Made by a program: the position numbers and the translations under genes
The notes under the pieces: generated by a model
Databases searched by the model: none
What the model was told of the DNA's origin: nothing
What the model saw: the letters and a program-made list of their open reading frames with translations, nothing else
From: a virus
Reading direction: 5' to 3' (one strand)
Virus record (IMG/VR): IMGVR_UViG_3300044911_002386
Coordinates: 32,001-96,000 of that record
Length of the DNA stretch: 64,000 bases
Part shown: positions 1 to 7,781 of the stretch, piece by piece
Position numbering within the stretch: position 1 is the first letter of the stretch
Layout of the letters: each line of letters opens with the position of its first letter

Positions 1-271
1 GCTGGCCTTCCTTGGTCTTTCGAGCCGCGGCGTTAATCGCTGCTACGATGGTCGCACCGGGCAGTACGGGACCCAACTCCTCGTGCATATGCAGGCTGCC
101 GAGGAACTCAATATGCCCCATCTCGATGTGGTCGGCGTCGGTCTTGACGCGCTTCGAACTGACGCTCTTGAGCGCCTTAGAGAACTTGTTCAGCGGGTTT
201 GCCATCTGAACGTTTTTCACAACCATCGGGCCGTCCCCGGTGATCTTGTAATCAACATTAACCCAACTCAT
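1..271 (-). CDS. RAMP/Cas7-like RNA-binding protein (putative effector of the GGY-NN array); 5' part only, runs off the window edge
   Basis: Not in the ORF track. ATG at 271-269 overlaps the HNH stop (ATGA) and has an AAGGA RBS. Open for 90 codons to the edge: MSWVNVDYKITGDGPMVVKNVQMANPLNKFSKALKSVSSKRVKTDADHIEMGHIEFLGSLHMHEELGPVLPGATIVAAINAAARKTKEGQ. The 'KITGDGPM' strand and 'PVLPGATIVAAI' resemble the RAMP beta1 and P-x-IPGSS-LKG motifs of Csm3/Cmr4/Cas7-group proteins. Confidence 0.7.
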   Translation of the reverse strand, partial: MSWVNVDYKITGDGPMVVKNVQMANPLNKFSKALKSVSSKRVKTDADHIEMGHIEFLGSLHMHEELGPVLPGATIVAAINAAARKTKEGQ

Positions 272-585
272 TGATCTATGTCCTTCCGTTGATGAATCGT
301 GGGAACAATGTAATTACAGCCCAAGTCTTTGTTTTTGTAGCGACGAGCTCGTATTACATTTGTTATTGCTTCGTGACACTCGCTGCATAGCGTAATTAAA
401 TCTTTTTCGACATCCTCTTCGCCAAACCGTTCATACGTCTTGTGATGCACTTCGAGCTGATATACAGATCCGTCGTGCAAACACGTTTGGCATTCATAGT
501 TGTCAATCACTAGACGTTGCGTGCGCTTTTCACACCAGTCATATCTGGCCATGCGCACGGCATAATTTAACGTCGTTGAATCCAT
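268..585 (-). CDS. HNH endonuclease (Zn-binding)
   Basis: CQTC...LEVHHKTY...DLITLCSECH, the typical CxxC/HH/LCxxCH HNH pattern. Confidence 0.85.
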   Translation of the reverse strand: MDSTTLNYAVRMARYDWCEKRTQRLVIDNYECQTCLHDGSVYQLEVHHKTYERFGEEDVEKDLITLCSECHEAITNVIRARRYKNKDLGCNYIVPTIHQRKDIDQ

Positions 586-596
586 TTGTTACCCCT

Positions 597-629
597 GGTT
601 TATGTGTAGTTTCCGCAGCACATAAAACC
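597..629 (-). other. stem-loop between the array and the HNH gene
   Basis: GGTTTATGTG (597-606) pairs with CACATAAAACC (619-629) with one bulge. Confidence 0.5.
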
Positions 630-643
630 GCAACCTACCCTAA

Positions 644-1457
644 TTGTTTTGAAAGAAAAAACCAAACCCAACGTCACCCTGCGTTACCTTACCGGACGTT
701 ACCCGACCTTACCGGACCATATTTTGTTTGAAAGAAAAAACCAGACCTGACCAAACCCCAGCTTATGCCACCCCACCGAGCCAAACCCTATTTTGTTTGA
801 AAGAGAAAACCAGACCTTACCGTGCCTGACGTTACGCTACCGAACCAGACCGCACCCTAAATTGTTTTGAAAGAAAAAACCGAACCAAACCCAATAGCGC
901 CATGCGTTACCGAACGAAATCAAACGTTGCCAAAACAGACACTACCGAACCGTACCGGACCTAACGCAAATTATTTGAAAAAACCATACCGAAAGCTACC
1001 GGACAAAACGCAACGATACCGGACCTGACCGCAAAATTTTGAGAAGAGAAAACCAAACAAAACCGAGCCTAACGATACCCTGCCGTACGCTTGTTGAGAA
1101 AAAAACCATACCTGACCTGATCCCGCCATACCGTACCATGCCGTACCGGACAAGACCCTACACGACGTTACAACACCTTATATGTTTGAAAGAAAAAACC
1201 AGATCTGACCAAACCCCAACTTACCCTGCCCCACGCTACAGTTTTGAAAAAGAAAAACCCTGCCACACCGTACCAAACCTAACCCGACGGCATTCGACCG
1301 AAGCTAACCACAAAGTTTTGAAAGAAAAAACCATACCCGATCGAACGTTACAACACCTCACGTCACCAGACCCGACCTAACGATAAAGTTTTGAAAGAAA
1401 AAACCTAACCTTACGCCGCCATACCGAGCCGGACCTGACCTTACGCCAGCCGACCAT
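644..1457 (-). repeat. 11-unit array of 5-nt-phased (GGY-NN)n tracts separated by conserved U-rich linkers; putative guide-RNA array
   Basis: Plus-strand linker ~TTTGAAAGAAAAA. RCC-NN pentamer tracts at 661-720, 740-789, 809-858, 879-968, 983-1032, 1052-1091, 1105-1179, 1198-1237, 1257-1311, 1330-1384 and 1403-1457 (12,10,10,18,10,8,15,8,11,11,11 pentamers). By hand count, 83/124 triplets are exactly ACC or GCC and all 124 start with a purine. Confidence 0.95.
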
Positions 1458-1464
1458 AAGTATG

Positions 1465-1935
1465 TTATTTAGCGCTGTCGCCAAGAATGACGTTGCGACA
1501 GCCGCACGATGTTGCGAGAGGAAGCACATCATCTGCATAGCCCGCGACTAGTTTCTCTTTGTCGAGATAACCAGTGCTGATAAGTGCCTGCAAGCCTAAT
1601 CGAGCAAAGCCCCGCCGCCGGAACGCCGGGTCGACAAAGCATTCCACCGTCTGCACAGCGACAAACGTGTCTTTTACATGCTCGCGCCATGGGCGTGTGC
1701 CCACCCAGCCGACTAAAACACCTTTAAGCCACACGAAGGCTATTGCCATGTTGGGGTGCGGGCCTGGCTGCGGGTTGAGGTAACGCTTATCCAGTTCTTT
1801 TTGAATAGAGCTCGCACTGCCTGAGTCTGGCCACGAAAGCCGCGAACAAATAGCAGCGACATCAACCGGCCGCAATTGATTGATGTCTTTGATGTAAATG
1901 TTAATCTCGTCCATATAGGCCTCCATACCTGGCAC
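1465..1935 (-). CDS. GNAT-family acetyltransferase
   Basis: Acetyl-CoA binding motif A, FVDPAFRRRGFARLGL; true start may be a few codons downstream. Confidence 0.75.
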   Translation of the reverse strand: MPGMEAYMDEINIYIKDINQLRPVDVAAICSRLSWPDSGSASSIQKELDKRYLNPQPGPHPNMAIAFVWLKGVLVGWVGTRPWREHVKDTFVAVQTVECFVDPAFRRRGFARLGLQALISTGYLDKEKLVAGYADDVLPLATSCGCRNVILGDSAK

Positions 1936-1949
1936 ACGAGTTTAACTAT

Positions 1950-2022
1950 AGCCGGCGGCGGGAGTCGAACCCGCAACCTACTGATTACAAATCAGTTGCG
2001 CTGCCAATTGTGCCACGCCGGC
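1950..2022 (-). tRNA. tRNA-Thr(UGU)
   Basis: Reverse complement GCCGGCGTGGCACAATTGGCAGCGCAACTGATTTGTAATCAGTAGGTTGCGGGTTCGACTCCCGCCGCCGGCT folds as a cloverleaf; anticodon TGT, T-loop GTTCGAC; CCA not encoded. Confidence 0.95.
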
Positions 2023-2034
2023 GATCCGCACAGT

Positions 2035-2400
2035 TTACCCAAAATCGATGGCGCTAATAGCCGCAAATTGTCGCATGGTCATGAATTTAACGCGTTCGCG
2101 GTAAAAAGCCGCGTCGTGATGAGCACTGATTGATTCGCCCTCGTTATCATTGCCAAGAACTAAACCGTAACCCGCCAGCGGTTGCGGGTAGTCGGGCAGT
2201 GCAAAAAACTTAGTGCTGGGCTCGAGTTTGAGTAAGCCTTCGTCGTCAACAAAGACGTCATCGTCATCAGCCAGACGCACCAACGCAAAACAATCGACCT
2301 TGATGTGCTCATAGATTTGCTTGTAGTCGCCGTTATACGTGACGTCTGTGACTTCTTCTTTGTACGGGTCAATCAGGACAGCCTTGTGTTCAGCAGTCAT
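2035..2400 (-). CDS. DUF3846-like phage protein
   Basis: KAVLIDP...VFVDDEGLLK...QPLAGYGLVLG pattern; start at MTAEH overlaps the upstream stop. Confidence 0.65.
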   Translation of the reverse strand: MTAEHKAVLIDPYKEEVTDVTYNGDYKQIYEHIKVDCFALVRLADDDDVFVDDEGLLKLEPSTKFFALPDYPQPLAGYGLVLGNDNEGESISAHHDAAFYRERVKFMTMRQFAAISAIDFG

Positions 2401-2858
2401 ACGGGCTCCAGTTTTGTAGGCCATACGTACGGCAGGTAGATCTCTTCCATCCAGCCAAATTTGGAATAGTGCGCGTAATCTTTACGCAAGAGATTGCCGC
2501 GGTGAGACGCATGAAAGTCATCGTCGCCAAACCACGGCGGGTAATTATTTGCTTTTATTGTCGGTCTAATAATTGAGTACCGATGTTCAAATTCCCGGCA
2601 TAGATTGTCTGTAAACTTGCGGCGGCGCCACTCACGGCACATGACGATGCTATAAACAAGCAGGGCTGTTTCATAGCCTGCCCACATTTGCACCGCCGGG
2701 TGGTTACGCCAGCGAGAGACGCTTGGCATATGGGCACCAATCGGCACGCCTAGGCACAGCAGTATTTGTTTACACTCTACGCGCTGTTTGCCTAGACGCT
2801 TATTGTCCAGCACCGCCGCCGACCGCCGAAAACTCGGCAGGGGCAGAAATGTTTGCAT
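2397..2858 (-). CDS. pyrimidine-dimer DNA glycosylase / MSMEG_6728 family (endonuclease V-like)
   Basis: MQTFLP...LDNKRLGKQRVECKQIL...NHPAVQMW...PPWFGD..FHASHRGNLLRKD signature. Confidence 0.85.
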   Translation of the reverse strand: MQTFLPLPSFRRSAAVLDNKRLGKQRVECKQILLCLGVPIGAHMPSVSRWRNHPAVQMWAGYETALLVYSIVMCREWRRRKFTDNLCREFEHRYSIIRPTIKANNYPPWFGDDDFHASHRGNLLRKDYAHYSKFGWMEEIYLPYVWPTKLEPV

Positions 2859-2863
2859 GTTAA

Positions 2864-3205
2864 TTAGTCATCGTAATCGTCGGAATCAAAGTCGTGCTCG
2901 TACTCGGGCTCTTCTTCGTCTTCGTCTTCGTCGTCTTCGTCTTCGTCATTCCAGCTAAATGACTCTTCGTCATCTTCTTCTTCGTAATCCTCGTCTTCGT
3001 AATCCTCATCTTCGTCTTCGTCATCTTCGTCGGCGTACCAGTCGACATTTGGCTTGTATAAGACGTCGTCATCGTCGTCATCGTCATCGTCATCGTTGTC
3101 GCTGACGAACTGCCACTCTTCTTCAATGAAATCGTCGTCCAACCCGTCGTCGTGGTCTTTTTTGCTAAAAATGGATTGTTCAGCCCGTCGACGATCATAT
3201 GCCAT
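2864..3205 (-). CDS. highly acidic Asp/Glu-rich small protein
   Basis: 113 aa dominated by D/E runs with interspersed W/Y/F; packed between flanking genes. Confidence 0.7.
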   Translation of the reverse strand: MAYDRRRAEQSIFSKKDHDDGLDDDFIEEEWQFVSDNDDDDDDDDDDVLYKPNVDWYADEDDEDEDEDYEDEDYEEEDDEESFSWNDEDEDDEDEDEEEPEYEHDFDSDDYDD

Positions 3206-3210
3206 AGACG

Positions 3211-5841
3211 TTATCCAATTTCTCTTGCAGGAATCTCGTTGTTTGTCCAGTAGTTATCACACCACGGCGTACTGACTAAAATGCCCGGCATACCTTGGAC
3301 GGTTTCTTCTCCGCCAAACACGCCGTCATTAATTAGCAAGTTTATAACACCGAGCCAGTTTGGCGGAATATTTTTATCGTTTGTGAAATAGTTATCTATG
3401 GCCCGGCGATTTAACCACCAAAACTCTTTGCGGCGGAGCAGGTAATTTTTTGGCTGCATTTTTCGCCGGGGCCTAGGAATTACGTCTAATTTTTCGTGGT
3501 GCACGCCGCGAACTATTTCTTGGATTAAAGCCTCGTGGGCACGTTCCGACACGCCAAATTGCTGGAGCGTTTGGGGTAAATGAAACGTGGCGCCGTAAAC
3601 CTCGTCGAGCCATGTGTGCAAATCTGTTAAAACGCTGATGACCAAATTTGGTGACTTGGCGACCAGATTCATGCGGCTAAGCAGGGTATGGCGGATATAG
3701 GCCGGCAGTACATAACGCAAATCGCTAAAATCGTTTAGCGTGTCGGGCGCTACGCCGGTGCTTATTTTGTTCCAGCCGTAACCTAGTGCGGCAACCGCCC
3801 CGGACTCTGGCATGCGCACGATTACCGGTCTGTTATGAATATGTGTAATGCTAGGTGCTGTGTCGGCGTCGTTGAACTCACTGGCTAGAAACACCGGCCA
3901 GAGTAAATCGGCCGAGTTTTTACGCAAGAAGTCGGCGACGCTGGCGCGGTGCAGTGTGGATGTCACCCGCTGCTGGCAACCAAGTGCTGCCCCGATTCGA
4001 GCGGCGGTATTAAACGCGACTCCAGATATAGCCGTGGCGACGCAATCTTTTCTGACAATTGGTGCAATTAAATTAGCGGCTATGGTGCCAAAGACGCCCC
4101 AGACAAACGCGTTCTTATTTTCTGCTGTTAGAAAGCGCCGCACGCCAATCGGGCCGGCATCGAGCGGCTCTGGGAAACTAACCGCCTGTGATTGTTTAAT
4201 TATCGCCGGCGTGTTTATAGTTTCCCCGGCATTGGTGAACGCATAGTCACGGAAACGAAACATGCTCGCCTGCTCGTCCCAGCCTGTTTTTGTGGAAACA
4301 AGCGTGAGCACGGGGCTGTGCAGTTGTATAGAAATAAGGTGGCTGCGCTTATTCCAGGACCTGTCGTAGGTGATGAGTTTCCCGTGAGGGGCGGCGATGG
4401 CGGCTGCATAAGCAAGAAGCCCCATGTGCTCGATTCGTCGTGCGTTTTCTGTGAACGTTATCTCCCAATCCCGCATGCAGACACGCCCGGCGTAAATTTT
4501 TTCACCGTCGTCTGCCTGCATAATTTGCGTGATTACCACGCGGGCATTGCACACCTGCTGCCCGACATGGTTCCACCACGCATTGTCCTGCTCGACCAAA
4601 ACCCATTTTTTATGCGTTCTTGTCGGCGCTGTCGGGGCCAGATCTATTGTCTGCAGTACGCGTTTCACAAAGTCTTCAGAGAATTGATCGCCGTGGTTTT
4701 TAAAGAACAACTGTAGCCGGCTATGTTCGATAGCCAGTTTTGTCGCAAATGAGTACGACGTCATCTCGTTGTGCCCGGCGAGCGTTTTATTCAATACGCT
4801 TTGCCAAGTATCCGCGGCACTACATATTTTTGCGAGACACTGCAGCGTATACCGGCAACTAGGCCGGGCCGCGACGTCAGGAGCCACGACGCTTACGTAG
4901 CCTTTTCCATTGGCCGCCTGACTCAGTAATTCTGGTGTAGCGGCATTGCCCTGAAAAAATCTGGGCGTGGGTGGCAGGGCGCTCCAATTAGTGCCGTAAC
5001 TAATCGCCTCCGGCCCGGCGTACCCGGCGACGATGGGCAGTGCGGGTAGGCCGTACTTAAATTGCCGGCACTGCTCTTTTAATGCCCACAGCTGGTCCTC
5101 TACGACAAACTGTTTGTTTTTTAGCACGGTCGGTGGCGGCAATAAAAGATTCGGCAAGAAGCAATAACCGGCATCAACGCGTTGGCGGTCATACCCGCTG
5201 ACCGGGATAAATGTTTTACGCATTTCTGCGTCAGCGGAGTAATGGAGCAATAAGAAACCAGACAGGCGGCCCGGAAGCGTGTAATACGGCAGCACAAGAC
5301 TAGAGCCGTCTTTACGGGCTAGACGTGGCTTTGCTCGCCCGAGTTCGCGACACAACTTTAATACTTGATCAGGATGTGCGGCTCCGACAAGGTTTGTTAC
5401 GTCATACTCTGGTTTTAAACCGATGTCGTAGATCCGGCAGGCTAGCAAATCGTCGCTGTGATTCCAGAGTTGACTTGCCGCTGCCGTCCAGAATGTTTCA
5501 GCCGCTTTTTGACGACTAAACGCCCGGTCGTAATCAGCCGCTGCTTTGTCGGCTTCGGACGGCGTTATTACCCCTAGTTCCGCCATTTTTGACAGGGCAT
5601 GCGGTAAACTTGTATTCCAGATTTGAGCCCCAAAGGTTATGATATCTCCATGGGCTAAACACGAATTACAGTGCAGCCAGATACCGTCAGTGACAATATC
5701 GTCAAACAAATGTAGGGTATTTTCCTGACATAATGGACATAGAACCACAGCCGGAAACGCAGGAGTTTCCGGGGCTACCCCAAGAGCCGACAGGGCGCGA
5801 ATGTGGTTATGTCGGCGAATTAAACAGGTAGGTAAACCCAT
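3211..5841 (-). CDS. large protein with an N-terminal primase-type Zn finger (possible primase/helicase-derived replication protein)
   Basis: 876 aa; CPLC...HCNSC Zn-binding domain followed by GDII.F; no intact TOPRIM or Walker motif recognised. Confidence 0.5.
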   Translation of the reverse strand: MGLPTCLIRRHNHIRALSALGVAPETPAFPAVVLCPLCQENTLHLFDDIVTDGIWLHCNSCLAHGDIITFGAQIWNTSLPHALSKMAELGVITPSEADKAAADYDRAFSRQKAAETFWTAAASQLWNHSDDLLACRIYDIGLKPEYDVTNLVGAAHPDQVLKLCRELGRAKPRLARKDGSSLVLPYYTLPGRLSGFLLLHYSADAEMRKTFIPVSGYDRQRVDAGYCFLPNLLLPPPTVLKNKQFVVEDQLWALKEQCRQFKYGLPALPIVAGYAGPEAISYGTNWSALPPTPRFFQGNAATPELLSQAANGKGYVSVVAPDVAARPSCRYTLQCLAKICSAADTWQSVLNKTLAGHNEMTSYSFATKLAIEHSRLQLFFKNHGDQFSEDFVKRVLQTIDLAPTAPTRTHKKWVLVEQDNAWWNHVGQQVCNARVVITQIMQADDGEKIYAGRVCMRDWEITFTENARRIEHMGLLAYAAAIAAPHGKLITYDRSWNKRSHLISIQLHSPVLTLVSTKTGWDEQASMFRFRDYAFTNAGETINTPAIIKQSQAVSFPEPLDAGPIGVRRFLTAENKNAFVWGVFGTIAANLIAPIVRKDCVATAISGVAFNTAARIGAALGCQQRVTSTLHRASVADFLRKNSADLLWPVFLASEFNDADTAPSITHIHNRPVIVRMPESGAVAALGYGWNKISTGVAPDTLNDFSDLRYVLPAYIRHTLLSRMNLVAKSPNLVISVLTDLHTWLDEVYGATFHLPQTLQQFGVSERAHEALIQEIVRGVHHEKLDVIPRPRRKMQPKNYLLRRKEFWWLNRRAIDNYFTNDKNIPPNWLGVINLLINDGVFGGEETVQGMPGILVSTPWCDNYWTNNEIPAREIG

Positions 5842-7009
5842 GACGAATATTCCGCTGGATCACGCACACGACGTCAGTGGTCGCGAAACGCACCGTTTAA
5901 CGTCGCTGTATGCCGCGCCCGACTTTGTTAAAAATGCATCCGAGGATCGACTGGTCGGTACAGACCTTCCGCGTCATTTATACGCTGACCAGCACAATAA
6001 ACTTTACCCGTGTCACACCGGTCCCGCAACATGGATGTCTGCGTTATTCTTCGCGGACAAGCAGGCTGAGTTTAACGAAAAGGTTGCGGGTGAGATCCGG
6101 CAACGTATTAATACCGCCGCAGAATACTTCGGTATTGCCGGGTTGGTACGCGGGCTGGAAGAGAAGGTAGCCGCCTCGAACGCCTCCGATCTGACAACGC
6201 TGCCCGATTCTGATTTCGCTATTGTGTGGGCTAGCGAGGGCGGGGCTGTTCGCCAGTGGCCGCTGCGTAACGCCACTGAAGTTAAATTTGCCGCGGCGCA
6301 TTTTAAAAAGTACCGTGACGAGTTTACGTTTAACGACCGGCACGTTATTGCCACAAAAATCTTAAACAAAGCGGCGCAGTATGACGCCGACGTTAGCGAG
6401 GCCGACGATACGCTGGCACTCGCGGCTGGCCTGGGGGTTTGTGCTTCCAAGGTTGCCAGTGACATGCTCAAAGATCGCGTAAGGCTTACTCAGCGCAAGT
6501 ATCATGACTTGGCGGGTGAGTTGTCCAAGTTAGCCGACGCTATCGACCAAAACCCTGAACGGGCCCGGTCGGTCGAGGTGCGTCTTAAGTTGGCGAGCGC
6601 GGTCGACACTTTTGATAGGAATACGCATCTTAATCGCCTGTACGATTCGGGCGGGCTGTCCAGGCCTGAAGAGGTGCTCTTTGCTATCACGGAAAAGGTC
6701 GCTCGGGCGTTTATGGCCGACAACGTCGAAACCACAACTGGTAATGTTTACTCGTTATCCGATCTTGAGAAACTGGCGGTTGAGGACGTCCGGGAATGGC
6801 TGGGTGATGACTTCGTAGACGCTGTCAGTGCTGGTGGCGTGTACATGGACCGCGACAAGCTCGCGGCGATTATCCCCACACTTGATCGCGGCATGGCCAT
6901 GACTTTAGACCGGCTGCTGCAAGAAAGCGGTGCGACGGCCGTCGTGAAACAAGCCTCTGAAGATTCACTGCTTCCGTTGGCCAAACTGTACGAACTGGCT
7001 AACAGTTAA
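5840..7009 (+). CDS. putative virion (head-associated) protein with many K-x-A motifs
   Basis: MTNIPLDH start after AGGTAGG; contains DKQAE, EKVAG, EKVAAS, SKVAS, KLAD, KLAS, EKVAR, EKLAV, DKLAA and VKQAS. Confidence 0.7.
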   Translation: MTNIPLDHAHDVSGRETHRLTSLYAAPDFVKNASEDRLVGTDLPRHLYADQHNKLYPCHTGPATWMSALFFADKQAEFNEKVAGEIRQRINTAAEYFGIAGLVRGLEEKVAASNASDLTTLPDSDFAIVWASEGGAVRQWPLRNATEVKFAAAHFKKYRDEFTFNDRHVIATKILNKAAQYDADVSEADDTLALAAGLGVCASKVASDMLKDRVRLTQRKYHDLAGELSKLADAIDQNPERARSVEVRLKLASAVDTFDRNTHLNRLYDSGGLSRPEEVLFAITEKVARAFMADNVETTTGNVYSLSDLEKLAVEDVREWLGDDFVDAVSAGGVYMDRDKLAAIIPTLDRGMAMTLDRLLQESGATAVVKQASEDSLLPLAKLYELANS

Positions 7010-7051
7010 CCTTGGTCCCGATAGGGACTAACCTTGACCCGCCGGGTGTGG

Positions 7052-7576
7052 CTACGAGCGTGCCCCGGCGGGTTTCTTTTTTACAGTCTTCGGCCGGCGA
7101 AGTGTCGCCGTATCGCGAAGCAGTTTCTTGAGCCGCTTTAAAACAGTTGCGGCCGGAACGTCATGCCATGCAACCTTATCCCACGCAATACGCTCGTCAA
7201 CGTTGCGCCTGCCGGCTTCGGCGTGCAGCTTGCGAGCGTACTTTGGATTTATCCAGCGATATGCCTGCTGCCGCCGAGACTCACGATTATCTACGGCCGT
7301 TATTTCGCAGACTTGCTGGTCGGTAAGGCTAATGACCGCCTGCGCAGAGCCAAGGCTTAAAGCTATATCAACGTCAAAGAATGACGCCTTTGGGCCGTAG
7401 CACGACCAGCAATACCGACTAACTTCGTTTAGATTAAATTCCGCAGCAGCGAAAAAGTCGGCCGGTGTTGGGGCTGGCGGCACAGCCGGGGCTTTTGCTG
7501 CTTTCTTTTTTACAACTGTCTTTGCGGTTTTCTTTGCGGTCTTCTTTTTGGTGGGTGATCGTCTTGACTTCGTCAT
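7052..7576 (-). CDS. hypothetical protein with a Lys/Ala-rich histone-H1-like N-terminus
   Basis: MTKSRRSPTKKKTAKKTAKTVVKKKAAKAP followed by a globular domain. Confidence 0.6.
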   Translation of the reverse strand: MTKSRRSPTKKKTAKKTAKTVVKKKAAKAPAVPPAPTPADFFAAAEFNLNEVSRYCWSCYGPKASFFDVDIALSLGSAQAVISLTDQQVCEITAVDNRESRRQQAYRWINPKYARKLHAEAGRRNVDERIAWDKVAWHDVPAATVLKRLKKLLRDTATLRRPKTVKKKPAGARS

Positions 7577-7781
7577 GTGTTTCAATCCATACACGAGCGC
7601 CGCAGTCGAGCGGCTCTTTGGGCTGGTATACGACCCTACACGGGCCAGAGATTATGACTTCGTGGCATTTAGTGTTGCTGTTATACGTCTTGACAGTCAG
7701 CGGCGGTTCCAGTTGTCCCGCTGTCGCATTCTTCTTGATGATGTGTTGGTTGACGTGAATTATCGTTCGCTTCTTTCTCAT
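7434..7781 (-). CDS. conserved small phage protein
   Basis: IHVNQH...PLTVKTY..NTKCHEV.I.GPCRVVYQP..PLDCGARVWIET, a pattern I recognise from large phages; C-terminal tail overlaps the next gene. Confidence 0.65.
   Translation of the reverse strand: MRKKRTIIHVNQHIIKKNATAGQLEPPLTVKTYNSNTKCHEVIISGPCRVVYQPKEPLDCGARVWIETHDEVKTITHQKEDRKENRKDSCKKESSKSPGCAASPNTGRLFRCCGI

Noticed and set aside
12-274. Plus-strand ORFs 12-209 and 83-274
   Set aside because: Shadows of the minus-strand RAMP-like gene, which has an RBS, coupling and recognisable motifs.
971-1380. ORFs 971-1153 (-) and 1039-1380 (+) within the array
   Set aside because: By-products of the pentamer repeat; a 5-nt period is incompatible with codon-level selection, and there is no RBS.
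644-1457. Canonical CRISPR array
   Set aside because: The linkers are short (13-20 nt), degenerate and non-palindromic. The 'spacers' vary from 40 to 90 nt and are internally 5-nt periodic rather than foreign sequence. No cas1/cas2 genes are in the window.
2860-3198. Thr/Lys/Met-rich 112-aa ORF
   Set aside because: Alternative frame of the acidic gene's GAC/GAA trinucleotide runs.
3196-3226. Possible fourth promoter copy (ATATGCC)
   Set aside because: Lacks the ATTTAG box at 15-nt spacing and overlaps a start codon.
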